Origin: Prorocentrum cordatum
Taxonomy: Eukaryota
DNA: 55,395 bases
NCBI GenBank assembly: GCA_963575745.1
Contig: CAUYUJ010000164.1
Span: 62,001-117,395 of the forward strand
Direction: 5' to 3'
Both the position numbers and the translations under genes were made by a program. Shown in pieces: positions 23,237-37,110 of the stretch (its first letter is position 1; each line of letters opens with the position of its first letter). A model generated the notes under the pieces. It was not told where the DNA came from. It made no database searches and was given only the letters and a program-made list of their open reading frames with translations.

Positions 23237-26200
23237 GATAGAAGCTAACTCTGGCCGAGGGAAGTCGGAGCAGAGACATCCTCACAAAAATTTGATGGTC
23301 CGGGCCGTTTCGCTTGAGACATCCTCACAACTGTCGTTTCTGAATTGGCCGGGATTGGCCGTTTCGCCTGAGACATCCTCGAAAAGCTGCGCTCCAGGAC
23401 GCCGCGCGAGAGGTGGTCCAGGCCGTTTCGCTTGAGACATCCTCGAAACTCTGAGCCCCGAGGTGCCGTGCGAAAGGTGGTCTGGGCCGTTTCGCCTGAG
23501 ACATCCTCCTCGAAACTCTGAGCTCTGAGATGCCCTGCGCGAGGTGGTCCGGCCCGTTTCGCCTGAGACATCCTCGAAACTCTTACCTCGGGGATGCCGC
23601 GCGAGAGGTGGTCCGGCCCGTTTCGCCTGAGACATCCTCGAACTTCTGAGCTCTGAGATGCCTTGCGCGAGGTGGTCCGGCCCGTCTCGCCTGAGACATC
23701 CTCGCAACTCTGAGCTCTGAGATGCCGTGCGCAAGGTGGTCCGGCCTGTTTCGCACAAGACATTCGCGCAACTCTGAGCTCCCAGATGCCGCGCAAGAGG
23801 TGGTCCAGCCTGGGGGCCCAGAAGACCACATGTTACATATCCTCCCTGGGACCCTCGGAGCCCGCCTGAGACATCCTCGAACTTCTGAGCTCTGAGATGC
23901 CCTGCGCGAGGTGGTCCGGCCCGTCTCGCCTGAGACATCCTCGCAACTCTGAGCTCTGAGATGCCGTGCGAAAGGTGGTCCGGCCTGTTTCGCACAAGAC
24001 ATTCGAAGACCACATGTTACATATCCTCCCTGGGACCCTCGGAGCCCCAGGAGGCCCCAGAGAGCTCCAGAAGGCCGCAGGACGCCCATGACAGGGCCCA
24101 GGGGTCCCCAGGAGATTCCCAGGTGGCTCCCAGGAGGCCCCAGCAGGCCCCCTTATCAGAACGTGTCAAGTTAATACACATCCGGTGTCGATTCGTTGAT
24201 TATTCCTGCTCTTGTGCCCCCCCCTCCATTTTAAGAGGCCCAAGCGGCCACAGGTTAGATATCCCCCCTGGGAGCCCCAAGAAGCTTCAGGAAGCCCCAG
24301 GAGGAGCTCAGGAGGCCACAGGAGGCCCAGGAGGAAGCCCCAGGAGGTCCCCAGGAGGTCCCAGGAGGCCCCAGGAGGCCCCCACAACTCGGAGCTCTGA
24401 GACGCCGCGCTCGAGGTGGTCCGGCCCGTTCCGCATGAGACTTCCTCGCAGCACGTTTCGCCCGAGACACTGGCCCGTCTCGCCTGAGACATCCTTGCAA
24501 CTCTGAGCCCTGAGATGCCGCGCGCAAGTTGGGCCGGCCCGTTTCGCACAAGACATTCGCGCAACTCTGAGCTGCCAGATGCCGCGCAAGAGGTGGTCCA
24601 GCCTGGGGGCCCAGAAGACCACATGTTACATATCCCCCCTGGGACCCTGGGAGCCCCAGGAGGCCCCAGAGAGCTTCAGGCAGCCGCAGGACGCCCAGGA
24701 CAGGGCCCAGGGGTCCGCAGGAGATTCCCAGAGGCTCCCAGGAGGCCCCAGGAGGCCCCCTATCAGAACGTGTCAAGTTAATAAACATCCGGTGTCGATT
24801 CGTTGATTTTTCCTGCTCTTGTGCCCCCCCCCCATTTTGGGGGGCCCCGACGGCCACAGGTTAGATATCACCCCCTGGGAGCCCCAAGAGGCTTCAGGAA
24901 GCCCCAGGTGGGGTCCAGGAGGCCACAGGAGGCCCAGGAGGAAGCTCCAGTCACCAGGAGGCCCCAGGAGGCCCCAGGAGGCCCACGCAACTCGGAGCTC
25001 TGAGACGCCGCGCTCGAGGTGGTCCAGCCCGTTTCGCATGAGACTTCCTCGCAGCACGTTTCGCCCGAGATATCGTCGCAACTCTGGGGTCCGAAATGCC
25101 GCGCGCGAGGTGGTCCAGCCCGTCACGCTGGAGACATCCTCGCAACTCTGGGCTCCGAGATGCCCTGCGCGAGGTGGTCCGGCCCATCTCGCCTGAGACA
25201 TCCTCGCAACTCTGAGCTCTGAGATGCCGTGCGCAAGGTGGTCTGGCCCGTTTCGCACAAGACATTCTCGCAACTCTGAGCTCTCAGATGCTGCGCAAGA
25301 GGTGGTCCAGCCTGGGGGCCCAGAAGACCACATGTTACATATCCCCCCTGGGACCCTGGGAGCCCCAGGAGGCCCCAGAGAGCTTCAGGAGGCCGCGGAC
25401 GCCCAGGACAGGCCCCAGGGGTCCGCAGGAGATTCCCAGGAGGCTCCCAGGAGGCCCCAGGAGGCCCCCTATCAGAACGTGTCAAGTTAATAAACATCCG
25501 GTGTCGATTCGTTGATTTTTCCTGCCCCCCCCATTTTGGGGGGCCCCGACGGCCACAGGTTAGATATCCCCCCCTGGGAGCCCCAAGAGGCTTCAGGAAA
25601 CCCCAGGTGGGGTCACCAGGAGGTCCCCAGGAGGCCCCAGGAGGCCCCCGCAACTCGGAGCTCTGAGACGCCGCGCTCGAGGTGGTCCGGCCCGTTTCGC
25701 CTGAGACTTCCTCGCAGCACGTTTCGCCCGAGACATCGTCGCAACTCTGGGGTCCGAAATGCCGCGCGCGAGGTGGTCCAGCCCGTTTCGCTGGAGACAT
25801 CCTCGCAACTCTGGGCTCCGAGATGCCGTTCGGGATGAAGAGGAGGTGGAGGTGGAGGAGGAGGAGGAGGAGGAGGAGGAGGAGGAGGCATGTTTTAACA
25901 TGCCATGCCAGCCCGCACTGCACGGGCACGCAATCGACCTTGGAAACCGCCGTGGGTCTAAAAACCCTGTTTGGGGATACTGCACTCCGGCTATAATGAT
26001 AGAAGCTAACTCCGGCCGAGGGAAATCGGAGCAGAGACATCCTCACAAAAACTTGAAGGTCCGGGCCGTTTCGCTTGAGACATCCTCACAACTGTCGTTT
26101 CTGAATTGGCCGGGATTGGCCGTTTCGCCTGAGACATCCTCGAAAAGCTGCGCTCCGGGACGCCGCGCGAGAGGTGGTCCGGGCCGTTTCGCTTGAGACA

Positions 26201-27455
26201 TCCTCGAAACTCTGAGCCCCGAGGTGCCGTGCGAGAGGTAACTCTTACCTCGGAGATGCCGCGCGAGAGGTGGTCCGGCCCGTTTCGCCTGAGACATCCT
26301 CGAACTTCCGAGCTCTGAGATGCCTTGCGCGAGGTGGTCCAGCCCGTCTCGCCTGAGACATCCTCGCAACTCTGCGCTCTGAGATGCCGTGCGCAAGGTG
26401 GTCCGGCCTGTTTCGCACAAGACATTCTCACAACTCTGAGCTCCCAGATGCCGCGCAAGAGGTGGTCCAGCCTGGGGGCCCAGAAGACCACATGTTACAT
26501 ATCCCCCCTGGGACCCTGGGAGCCCGCCTGAGACATCCTCGAAACTCTAACCTCGGAGATGCCCTGCGCGAGGTGGTCCGGCCCATCTCGCCTGAGACAT
26601 CCTCGCAACTCTGAGCTCTGAGATGCCGTGCGCAAGGTGGTCCGGCCCGTTTCGCACAAGACATTCTCGCAACTCTGAGCTCTCAGATGCTGCGCAAGAG
26701 GTAATCCAGCCTGGGGGCCCAGAAGACCACATGTTACATATCCCCCCTGGGACCCTGGGAGCCCCAGGAGGCCCCAGAGAGCTTCAGGAGGCCGCGGGAC
26801 GCCCAGGACAGGCCCCAGGGGTCCGCAGGAGATTCCCAGGAGGCTCCCAGGAGGCCCCAAGAGGCCCCCTATCAGAACGTGTCAAGTTAATACACATCCG
26901 GTGTCGATTCGTTGATTTTTCCTGCTCTTGTGCCTCCCCCCCCATTTTGGGGGGCCCCGACGGCCACATGTTAGATATCCCCCCCTGGGAGCCCCAAGAG
27001 GCTTCAGGAAGCCACAGGTGGGGTCCAGGAGGCCACAGGCGGCCCAGGAGGAAGCCCCAGGAGGTCACCAGGAGGTCCCAGGAGGCCCCAGGAGGCCCCC
27101 GCAACTCGGAGCTCTGAGACGCCTCGCTCGAGGTGGTCCGGCCCGTTTCGCCTGAGACTTCCTCGCAGCATGTTTCGCCCGAGACATCGTCGCAACTCTG
27201 GGGTCCGAAATGCCGCGCGCGAGGTGGTCCAGCCCGTTTCGCTGGAGACATCCTCGCAACTCTGGGCTCCGAGATGCCGTTCGGGATGAAGAGGAGGTGG
27301 AGGAGGAGGAGGAGGAGGAGGAGGAGGAGGAGGAGGAAGAGGAGGAGGAGGCATGTTTTAACATGCCATGCCAGCCCGCACTGGACGGGCACGCAATCGA
27401 CCTTGGAAACCGCAGTGGGTCTAAAAGCCCTGCTTGGGGATACTGCACTCCGGCT
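23237..27455 (+). repeat. Composite satellite of ~62-65 bp monomers (GAGGTGGTCCGGCCCGTTTCGCCTGAGACATCCTCGCAACTCTGAGCTCTGAGATGCC) in duplicated blocks
   Basis: Monomer spacing 23411/23476/23541/23607/23669; block copies 23237~25997 and 25620-25990~27070-27455; ATCAGAACGTGTCAAGTTAATA block four times. Confidence 0.92.
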
Positions 27456-29217
27456 ATAATTGGTTTTTGGTGAGTTGGGGGGTTTTCCCTTTTTCGGCTT
27501 CCCGACGCTCCAAGACGGCGGTCCTCTGGGCGTCCGAAGCCGCCTGGGAGGCCCCCAAATCGCCCCACAACCATCCGAAAAGGGCTTCCCGGCAGTCCAA
27601 GAGAGCCCTAAAACGGCACAACACGGGTCCTAAATGGCCCCCAGAGAGCCCCATGGCGGCCCAAGATGGCCCCAAGACACCCTCCGAAGCATTCCAAATC
27701 GTGACCCGGTCGTTCAGGGAGACCGCGGTTGGAGGCAGGGTGGCCCGAGGAAGCCCCCACAGGCCCCCAGAATACGCCCAGGAGGCCTCCAGAAGGCCTA
27801 AAAAAACAGAAACAACTTTTGTGAGGCTCCCAGAGGCTCTCCAAGGAGGAGCCTCCGCAAAAAAGAGCTGAGTAGGATGGAGAGAATGCGCATGGTATGG
27901 CGAAAATGAGAAAAAGAAACATGGAGGAAGGATAACGAATAACACGATTATCGCGGCGATGCCGGACAAGGCAACGAGAAGTTATCGCTAAATTGTCGGC
28001 TTGACCTTCCTGCTATTCCGCCGGCGAACCAAACTTTCAGGACATATGGCGCGAAACGCCAGTGCATACATACATATGTATATACATATATATATATATA
28101 TATGTATATGCATCGGTGCTCCGAAAGTTTATTCCGATTTGAGAGGATCGGCGCCGCGCGAATGCAGCGCAAACGCTACGCTGGAAGGGCGCGGCAATGC
28201 ATGCCCCCAGGACAGGCGAGAGCAACCGCGCCCCCGTGTGAACCCCGATCCCGCGCGGGGCGCGCTCCCGTTGAGAATGGCTCATCCGGGAAACCGTTTC
28301 TTGTGCAGGAAGTCCTGAACGGTCTGCCCATCGGCGGCTCCTTCGGACGAGGCCCGGAAAAACCGAGAAACCGTTTGTGATAGGATGTTCTAAGCGGTTT
28401 GCCCATGTTCGGTTTCTTCGGACTGAGCCCGAAGACCTCGAAAACGATGTTGTTGCGAGGAGTCCTAGGCGGTTTGCACATTTTCGGGTCGTTCGAAGTG
28501 GACCTGGTTTTTTGGGGGGCACAAGTCGTATGGGATTTGGCCACTTTCAGGTCGGCCGATCAATTTTTCGGGTCGTCGCATGACCGAACCCGGAAGCTTT
28601 TTTCGAGGAGCTCCTATGCCGTTTGCTCATGTTCGGGTCAGCACACCGTTTGGGAGTTAAAATCTTGAATTGGAAAGGGGAACCCGATCCCGCGACCCCA
28701 GGCCGGGGTTAGGCTCTGCCTTTGCATTGTACTGGGTCCCTCTGGCCAAACGGGGTGCTGGGCTGCCCATCGGCGCGCCGACTCTGGTTTCGCGACATCG
28801 CCCCCATCCGCCCTCGGGCCCCGCGAGTCTTATCCTGCGCGCGCCACCCCAGATGGCCGCGGCGAGCACGGTGGCGAAATTGGGGGAACTTTCGGATCGG
28901 CGCAGAATATTTTATCTGTGTGTAAATATATAAACAAATAAATACATATGCGCCGCTGCCTCTCGGAGGCGGAGGAAGAGGAGAATATAGGGGGCAAACA
29001 AACCTACCTCGCTTTTGACCACCCTCGCTTCCAAGAGATACCAAGCGATGCCAAACTACGGCCTGTACTGGTCAGGCCGCTTGACGAGGAGGCGCGTGGT
29101 ATGAGTTGGTTTTGCGGGGAAGCGAAAGCGGGGTAGGTAATTCGCGCTCTGAGAATAGGGAAGGCCCACCCAACTGCCAAGCCCGAGAAGAGTTGTCGCG
29201 GACGAGAGGGTGTGCCT

Positions 29218-29412
29218 ACACCACCACCACCACCACCACCACCACCACCACCACCACCACCACCACAAACACTGCAACCACCGTCACCACCGTCACCACC
29301 ACCGCCACCGCCACCGCCACCACCACCACCACCACCACCTCCACCACCACCACCACCACCACCACCACCACCACCACCACCACCACCACCACCACCACCA
29401 CCACCACCACCA
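29218..29412. repeat. (CCA)n microsatellite
   Basis: Direct reading. Confidence 0.95.
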
Positions 29413-29947
29413 CTGCGCTGGACTGCGGCTTGCTCCAACGCTTGTCTGCTCAGCGCCTCAGCATGGCCCTTCGAGCAAAGATCGGGAGGGGAAGGGGGAG
29501 GGTTTTTCCCAGGGCTGCGGGCGGCCTCAGGACCTCCTCCGGGCCAGCTCCATATGGGAGCCAAAGGAAAGAGGCGCCCGTGAGAGAAGGGTCGCCGCAC
29601 AAGGAAGGTGGCAGGCACCAACTGTTCAGGCCCTCGCAGCCGACCCCCTTAGGCCGTCTTGGGGCCGCTTTGGCCGTCTTGGGGCCGCTTTGGGCACTCT
29701 CTCGGGGCGCTTCTGGGACTGGCCGTTGGGATACTCTACGACTGTATTGGGGGCATTTCAGAGCCAGTTTCTTTTTCCCTTGCCCCAAACGGCGTACGCA
29801 CGGTGCGAAAGCACCGCAACTGAAAGGCTAATAAACGTGAGCCTGGGGCAATTTGTTCCCCAGGCAATCGACAACCGCCGGCCGACGTATGTGCACTATT
29901 GTGCCGGCCTCCACCTGAATATCCAACTTCGCTGCTGGTGCTGCTGC

Positions 29948-30582
29948 TCCCCCTCCCCCTCTCCTCCTCCTCCTCCTCCTCCTCCTCCTCCTCCTCCTCC
30001 TCCTCCTCCTCCTCCTCCTCCTCCTCCTCCTCCTCCTCCTCCTCCTCCCTTTCCTCCTCCTCCCCCTCCTCCCTTTCCTCCTCCTCCTCCTTCTCCTCCT
30101 CCTCCTCCTCCTCCTCCTCCTCCTCCTCACCCTTGCGGGCGCGAGCCCTTTCGAGCCGCCCAAAGCGGTTAGGGAATCTCGCCGGGTGCTTCGACCCCGC
30201 CGGCGCTGCGCGGCAAAGCGCGGCGCGCCTGGCGCCCGGCCCTGCGCAACGGTTGTCGCTGCATCGAGGCGGGTGCGACCGGCGCTGAGGAAGAGCCTGC
30301 GCGAGAAGACAGAGGGGGAACGGGGGAGGGGCAGGAGGAGGGGGACGGGGGAAAGGGAAAGGAGGAGAAGGAGGAAAAGGAGGAGGAGGAGGAGGAGAAG
30401 GCGAAGGAAAAGGGGAAGGCGGAGAGGAGGAGGAGGAGGAGGAGGAGGAGGAGGAGGAGGAGGAGGAGCAGGAGGAGGAGGAGCAGAGGGAGGAGGAGGA
30501 TGAGGAGGTTCAGGAGGGAGGAGGAGGAGGAGGAGGAGGAGGAGGAGGAGGAGGAGGAGGGAGGAGGAGGAAGAGAAGGAAC
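29948..30582. repeat. (CCT)n tract (29948-30128) and (GAG)n tract (~30305-30582) around a short spacer
   Basis: Direct reading. Confidence 0.9.
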
Positions 30583-30584
30583 TC

Positions 30585-33500
30585 ACGCATGCAAGACCTC
30601 CGCCGTCCCCTCCGAGTTGCCATCCCCCCCTTCCCTCTTGGAGTTCACCTGAAAGCGCACTCGCATGCTCGCAGCGTCAGAGGAGAAACAGGAGGATGAG
30701 GAGGAACCGCACCACCCAAGGGAGAGAGCGGACACGACGCGAGCAAGGGAGAAGAGCAAGAGGGCAAGCGGACAAGAGAGTGAAGGGGAGAGAACCCGTC
30801 CACCGTCCTGACACACGATTCCGAATGGGATGCTTCACCTGACTAGAGAGGCTGGCCTCTCAGGAGGAGGCCAGCTTGCCATGATAATTTTCTCAAGGAT
30901 CCAGCCCGAGCTTCAACTAAGTGACTGCTGAATGGAAAGTCTCTGCCCCTTACCTACACGAAGGGAGTTCATAACACTACACATGATTTCAATAGCCATA
31001 GCTACACTGCGCAATCCAGACCTAGAAGACAATTCCAAGAACGCAGGAATACATTGCTTTTGGTAGTCGCCTTCGCCCAAGAAGCCAGGAAGAAAGGGGG
31101 GAGAGGCCCTCGCAGCTTCGAGTAGAACAGGACACCGCATGTAGTGATCAAGAGAATTCCCTCCCACTGCCATACATCTGCACAGGCAACCCAGAGCCCC
31201 AATCCGATATCTCCGAGAAGTGTTCAATGCATTGCACCATGTCTTCAATACTGCTGTCAGCACGAACGGCGGCAGCACCCCTGCGATGACCCGCAGGCGA
31301 AAAAAGGACAGTCCAATCTGAAGAATCTGGGCATCCGAAATGCCAATCTGCCACCTCTTCAGCCCCGGGGTTCCTCGACACTGGACGTCGGAGAAGCAGC
31401 CGCGATAGTTTTCCTGGCGAGGGCATGTGGAGGTTCAAACCATCAGGGTTCTCGGGGGCTTGTGGTAGCGCTTCGACACTCTGAGCAGTATCTATCATAT
31501 ATGTCAGAATAGACGTCTTGTATGACGGATGATACTCAGATGCGATAGTAGAGTCATCACCATGTAGGATATACTCCAACTCCTCCTTCCAATGCAGAAA
31601 TGCCGAACTCCTCTTAGCCGTCCAAAATGCCGCCGCCCTCCCCCACGTAACAATGTGGTTACATTCCAAAGCATTGCCCACTGCCTTGAGCTGGAACGCC
31701 AGTGCTGGCGGGATGGCGTTGAAGGGTCCTGCAGTCAAAAAATGGGCCGCCTCTCTCTCTGCGCGCCCATCGCCACCGGCAGCGCTGGTCGCACTTGGGA
31801 GACGGAGCTGAGGACAGGGAAGACGAAGGTGTTGTAAGCGAAAATGTTAAAGGAGCACGAGAGCGACATGGGGCGAATTTGCCGCGCCCGTCTCTTCAGG
31901 CTGGGACTAGGGCCGCGCCGACGCTCTTCCGTGGCCCCGCACCAAGTCCAATCACAACTCCAAGGCACCTGGCGTTGCAGAAGGTTTTCAGCTTCTGTAT
32001 CCGAAGGGCCCGTCTCTGAAACTCTGCCCCAATCCAATCATAAGCAAGGTTGTTCGGGAAGATCAGGCAGATTTTCTCGGGGGTGAACGAGCAGCCCAGT
32101 CATGTTGGCCAAATCCAACAGGCCCTAACGAGCCCAGGAAGAGCATCGAACAATTTGGTTGGCGCGTGGGCAAGGTCGTCGGCAAATCCGCACAGGGAAC
32201 AACTCAGGGATGCTGGCAGGCTGTGTCCCAGGAAGCGAATCATAGTGTCAACCACCAGAACAAGAAGCACCCCGCTCAGCGAGCCGCCCTGTTGAATCCC
32301 TCTGAAGATCTCAAACTAGACATTCGAGCTTCCCCGAGAGCAAACGTGCACCCTGACATTGCGTCACAGTTGGCGGACGGCGCGCAGCGCGACTTCTGGG
32401 GCCATCATCTTCTCACGAAATGGAACATGAAGCAATGCGCAAGCGAAGCAAATTCAGATTCGATGTCGAAGAGAGCGGCGCCCGCACGCACTAGGTTGCT
32501 CAGCCCTGTCCAAGGCGCCCTCTGCGAATCAATCGAGATGATGCGGTCCATCATGCTACGCCCCGCGAGAAACCATGCCATAATTCTGTCGACCACGATG
32601 CTAGCAGAGTGCGAAATAGGAGAAGCAATGGCACATGATCCGATCTTGATATCGGCGATCACGCCAGCGGCCGCGTCTTCCCTGGGTCCCTGTCTTCTCC
32701 GCTGTCATCGCCACGTGCGTCATCGCCTTTCGGCAAGAAGCATCCAGAGCAACATTGAAACCGTCGTCCACCGCCACGGCCCCCTATCGGTATACATATA
32801 TACAAAATAGAGCCATGCAAACTGTAGAAGGTGCCCCAAAACATGCGCCCCCTCGTTTTTCCCAGGCAGCACAGGGCACCCCCGTCCATTCCAGGCGCAG
32901 AATCGCGTTTCCTCCAGGTAGGCTTACAGAACAGGCCCCCTCGAGGGCGGCCCAGACGGCGGTCTTGGCGACCGTTTGGACGAAGGGGTCGACTTCGCGA
33001 AAGCATTCGGGCGCCGAGGGCCATGGGCGCCAAATGTCCCCCCCAGCGGGCAGCCAGAGCACGCGCGCACCCTTCAGGGCTGACGAGAGCCCCGCCGTCA
33101 TCTGCGATGATGCGTCGAAGGAAGACCCTCCGATGGCGTGGTGCCCATGCAGCGGCAAGTGAACAAGAGCGCCTGAGGTGGCCGTTCGTCCGCGCCTCCG
33201 TCATCTCCTCACCCTTCGCAACCTCCCTCTCCCCCGTGTCAAACTGGGCCCGCATCGGCCGGCAGAGAAACTCGTTGCGCGCGGGGAACGCGCTCCAGCC
33301 AGCCGAGCTGGACGTCGCAGCTGTCCGAGAGACGCGGAAATGCACGACGAGCCCCATTGACCGCAACCGCCTGGCCACGGCGGCGGGCTCGAACGAGAGC
33401 GCGGCACCAGGCCACCTGTTCGGGAGTACTCCTAGGGCTCCTTTTCTCCAGGATGTGTTTGGTCCGCGCGGCATCAACGCGCATGGGGTCTTCGATGCGT

Positions 33501-33833
33501 TTCGCGGCCCCCGCGGGACAAGACGGGAGATCGTGCCCCTCCGCCAGGGCCGCCAGGATCTCCCCATGTTCATCAGAGCGAGCAATCCACCTAGGATACA
33601 GACCAATAAACACTGGAGCATGATCACTAACGCTGCCAGGTTGGAGAACATCCCAACGCGTCCCAAAGACAGGGCCGAAGTCCGGGATGTCGCAGGTAGG
33701 AGTAGTTATGTAGATGCGGTCATTACGCCCGAGAGACATCGGTGCCCAATGGTCGTCAGCTTGATGCGATCGAAGAATATATCTAGATTTTTCCATCTCA
33801 GCCAGGCACGGGAATGCAGGATCGAAGTGCCCC

Positions 33834-33864
<31 letters not shown>

Positions 33865-35607
33865 ACACACGCACCCCGCCCCCAAAGATATCGCAGCCCA
33901 TCTCCTGGAACGAATCAGCGAGCCTCAATCGGCCCTCTCCAACCGCAGCAAAGTTAAAAAGTCACCAGCAAGAACGGACGCGGCCAGGTGCGGAGGAGGA
34001 AGATGAACAGAGATCGTGTTGAGAATGTCCTAAGCCTCGGCGCGGTGGGGGGGGGAAGGAGGGGCCAAGGTGGAAGTTGAGGACGCGGAGCGAGCCGCAG
34101 TCGCCCGATAGTGCGAGATGAGACAGCCGCCCTGGATCAGCAGCCCCCCCCGCCTGATCTCCCAGTTCGGAGAGGGCGAATGAGCTAAAGTAGCGAGCAA
34201 TCCGCCCGCAGAAGGTCTGGCAGTACAAGGACCCCACGTCTTCCATTCAGGATGCAACTTCCGAAATTTTTCAAATGCCCTAGAGCCCGTGAGTCTCTGG
34301 GATGAAAACAATATCGAAGCTGGCCGCTAACCTCCGAGAAGCGCCGTAAGTTCCTCGAACATTATCACTGGACGTCCATATAGATCCAAACGAAGTATGC
34401 GCATTCCAAGACACCAGCCTAAGCGGCCCATGGAAAGGAAGGAAGGGCGTGGATGGGGAAAATCTAAAAGGCCCTGGGGGAGGTAGGTGACATGTATAAC
34501 AGGCGCAACCAGAACAGGGCAGGACTCAGGATTGGGGGACTCACTCAGGCGCTGCCGGGGTTCGGCGCTCTCCACCATGTCACAGGGCGATGGGCTCAAT
34601 CAAGTCCGCGACGCTCTTCTCATTCGCATTGATAGCGGCGAAGCTCGAGAGGACAGGGGTGAATGTGGAGCTATCTCCTCGCCGCTCGTGATGTGCACCA
34701 TCTCGAACACCTCGTCGCTGGACGCGTAGCGCATCGGCCCCTGATAGCCGTGCGCTCCGAGCCTGAAGCCTGTCACGTCCTTGCCCCCATTACGGAGCAA
34801 AGTCATCCCGCCTTCGTGCAGCTTGTTTGCCGCCCTCTGGCGCTGGCGCACGTCGATCGGCATGTCCCTCCTCGGGTAGACTTCGCGCGCGCGGCCGTCC
34901 CTGGGATCCGCCCAGGAAAGATCATGATCTCGAAGGAGATTGCTGAACTCCTTGGCTGGCAACACAGTGGCAAACGTAAAGCCGTAGCTGTTGCCCACCC
35001 ACGCGATCGTGACCGTCACGGGGTCCCTGATGTGGTGCGGTAGCTTGGGCTCTACGATCTGCTCGCAGTGCTCACTCCGCTGCTTCCCGGTGAGGCTGCG
35101 CGGGAATGTCCCCATCCAGCGCCGCTTCTTCTTCTTCTGGTCCTGCACATATTCAGCTGGGTTCCCTCTAACTCTGCGATGCTTTGACGATGCGCCATCA
35201 CTCGCACTGCTCGCCCCCTGATGATGCACACGAAGCTGCTACCGCCGCGTAAGATGGCAGCTGCTCCTGCTTGGACTTGAGCTCGGCAATCTCGCTCTGC
35301 TGTGCTTTGACCACCTCGGAGAAATATTTGACATTGTCTGCTAGACCTGCCAGCTGAGCTACCTGCTCAGCCAGTCCTTTGTTCACCGCGGAGGCGAGGT
35401 CCGTCATCTTCTCATTGAGGCTGGATCGAAACGTCGCGAAGAGCTGCGCAATCTCGACCACTGCAGCAACTGAGGTTTGTTGGGGAGCCCTGCCCCGTCG
35501 TGCAAGAAAGAGAAGAATTCGTGTCCGCCTGGGCTCAACAGCCAGATTGCCCTCTGAAGAGAGCTGCCCGCCCAAATTGGACCTGTTCCCACTTGAGCCA
35601 AATTGGC
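30585..35607 (-). mobile_element. Decayed, near full-length non-LTR retrotransposon (ORF1 + APE-RT-Zn, L1/Tx1-like), many frameshifts
   Basis: ORF1 coiled-coil-like segment (35198-35520) continuing into 34600-35229; APE remnants SWNAH, DIVFIPETHG (~34290-34320), LAGDF, DRIY, SDHAPV; RT remnants SAPGMDG, FLPKG..KTRPL, GFADDLA (~32168-32188); C-terminal CLCRC...LDHYMRCP. Clade is inferred; the 3' boundary is approximate. Confidence 0.82.
35592..35607 (-). other. Partial DinoSL relic at the 5' end of the L1/Tx1-like element
   Basis: GCCAATTTGGCTCAAG versus GCCATTTTGGCTCAAG: 15/16. Confidence 0.75.
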
Positions 35608-36047
35608 AAAGGAAGGAGGAAGAGGAGGAGGAGGAGGAGTAGCAGCAGCAGCTTGGGCGCGTAGTGCGGCGGACTCCAGACAACGCGACGCAAGCTACCG
35701 CACTCAGGTCGTCATTAAGCGGCCCTTCGCGGCGTCGAAAGCCTTTTGATGGATGAAGCAAGTGGTGCCGCTCTCGGAGCGGTGGAGGACGACGGGGAGA
35801 AGGAGGGGGAGGAAAAGGAGAAGAAGGAACAGGAGCGCCTGTGGCTCACCAGGTTTGCCCTTCGCCGCGCAGACCGCGGGCGTGCGGACTTGGGGCTCTT
35901 ACTTTGACAGCCTGTCGAGGGTCGCCGTGAAGCAGTTGTAGTGGATATGTTACTTCTTGGGGGGTTCGTTGAAGGTGCAGACTCTCACCTCCAAGCATCA
36001 CTAGTAAAGGAATGCGATGTTCCGAATGGTCATCCTCATGGAGTGCT

Positions 36048-36335
36048 CAGGACGAGGGGGAGGACGAGGGGGAGGAGGAGGAGGAGGGAGCAGGAGGAAG
36101 AGGGAGGAGGGGGAGGGGGAGGGGGAGGGGAAGGACGAGGAGGAGGAGGAGGAGGAGGAGGAGGACGACGACGAGGAAGAGGAGGGGGAGGAGGAGGAGG
36201 AGCAGGAGGAGGAGGAGGAGGAGGAGGAGGAGGAGGAGCAGGAGCAGGAGGGAGCAGGAGGAAGAGGAGGAGCAGGAGGAGGAGCAGGAGGAGGAGGAGG
36301 AGCAGGAGGAGGAGGAGGAGGAGGAGGGGGAGCGG
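36048..36335. repeat. (GAG)n microsatellite
   Basis: Direct reading. Confidence 0.9.
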
Positions 36336-37110
36336 TGGAGCGCGCAAGCGCGCGCGCCCCCAAACGCGGCGCCCTCAGAGCCGGCAGCTGGCGCCCTGGA
36401 AGGGCCGGAACGGGCCGGGCATCTTGTGGCCCACCTGGGGGGAGCGATGGGGGGGGAGGGCTCGATTCGGCGAGGCACAGCTGCCGGAGAGCACCCCGAG
36501 GCTGGACAACCGCCGAGAACATCGAAAACGCCCTCCACCTGTCGTTTTGCCCCTGGCCACCGCCTCCGGCTCTCGGCGAGGCGCAGCTGCTGGAGAGCAT
36601 CTCGCGGCTGGAAAACTGGAAAACCGCCGAGAACAGCGAGAACGCCCTGAGGCCAAAATCGTTTCTCACGATTCGCGAGAACGGCCATTACCCAGGATGC
36701 TCCCCGCTTCCCCACCCCACCTGGTAACGTCACGCTTCGCGCTGGCGCCTTTTGGGACTTGCTGCAAGGGTGTACTAGCTCCCAAACGGCGCCGGCGCAA
36801 AGCGTGACGTCACCAGCCCTCTCGCCCACCCTCTACCCCCCCTGTAACGACCGTTATCGCGAAGGATTAAAAAACGGGCCCCTCGTTCGTCTTGATTTTT
36901 CATAACATCGACCTTCAGAGGTCTCGCCCCACTCCACGGGACCGGTTTCTCATCCTGAGTCCTTCTTTGGCGGTCCAGAGGCCCTGCAAGGGCCCCCAGA
37001 GGTCGAAAACAACCGAAAACCTACCGCCCAGATTGTTGCATTATTCGAGAGGGTCTGGGTTGCCTCACGCAGGGAGGAGGAGGAGGGAGGAGGGAGGAGG
37101 AGGAGGATGA

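Noticed and set aside
23237..27455. CRISPR-like array (also considered for 37440-37870 and 46915-48590)
   Set aside because: Sequence between the conserved cores is itself repeated, so there are no unique spacers, and no cas-like ORFs are present.
29948..30582. Foldback element formed by inverted (CCT)n/(GAG)n tracts
   Set aside because: Both tract orientations are abundant here, so adjacency is expected by chance; no defined termini.
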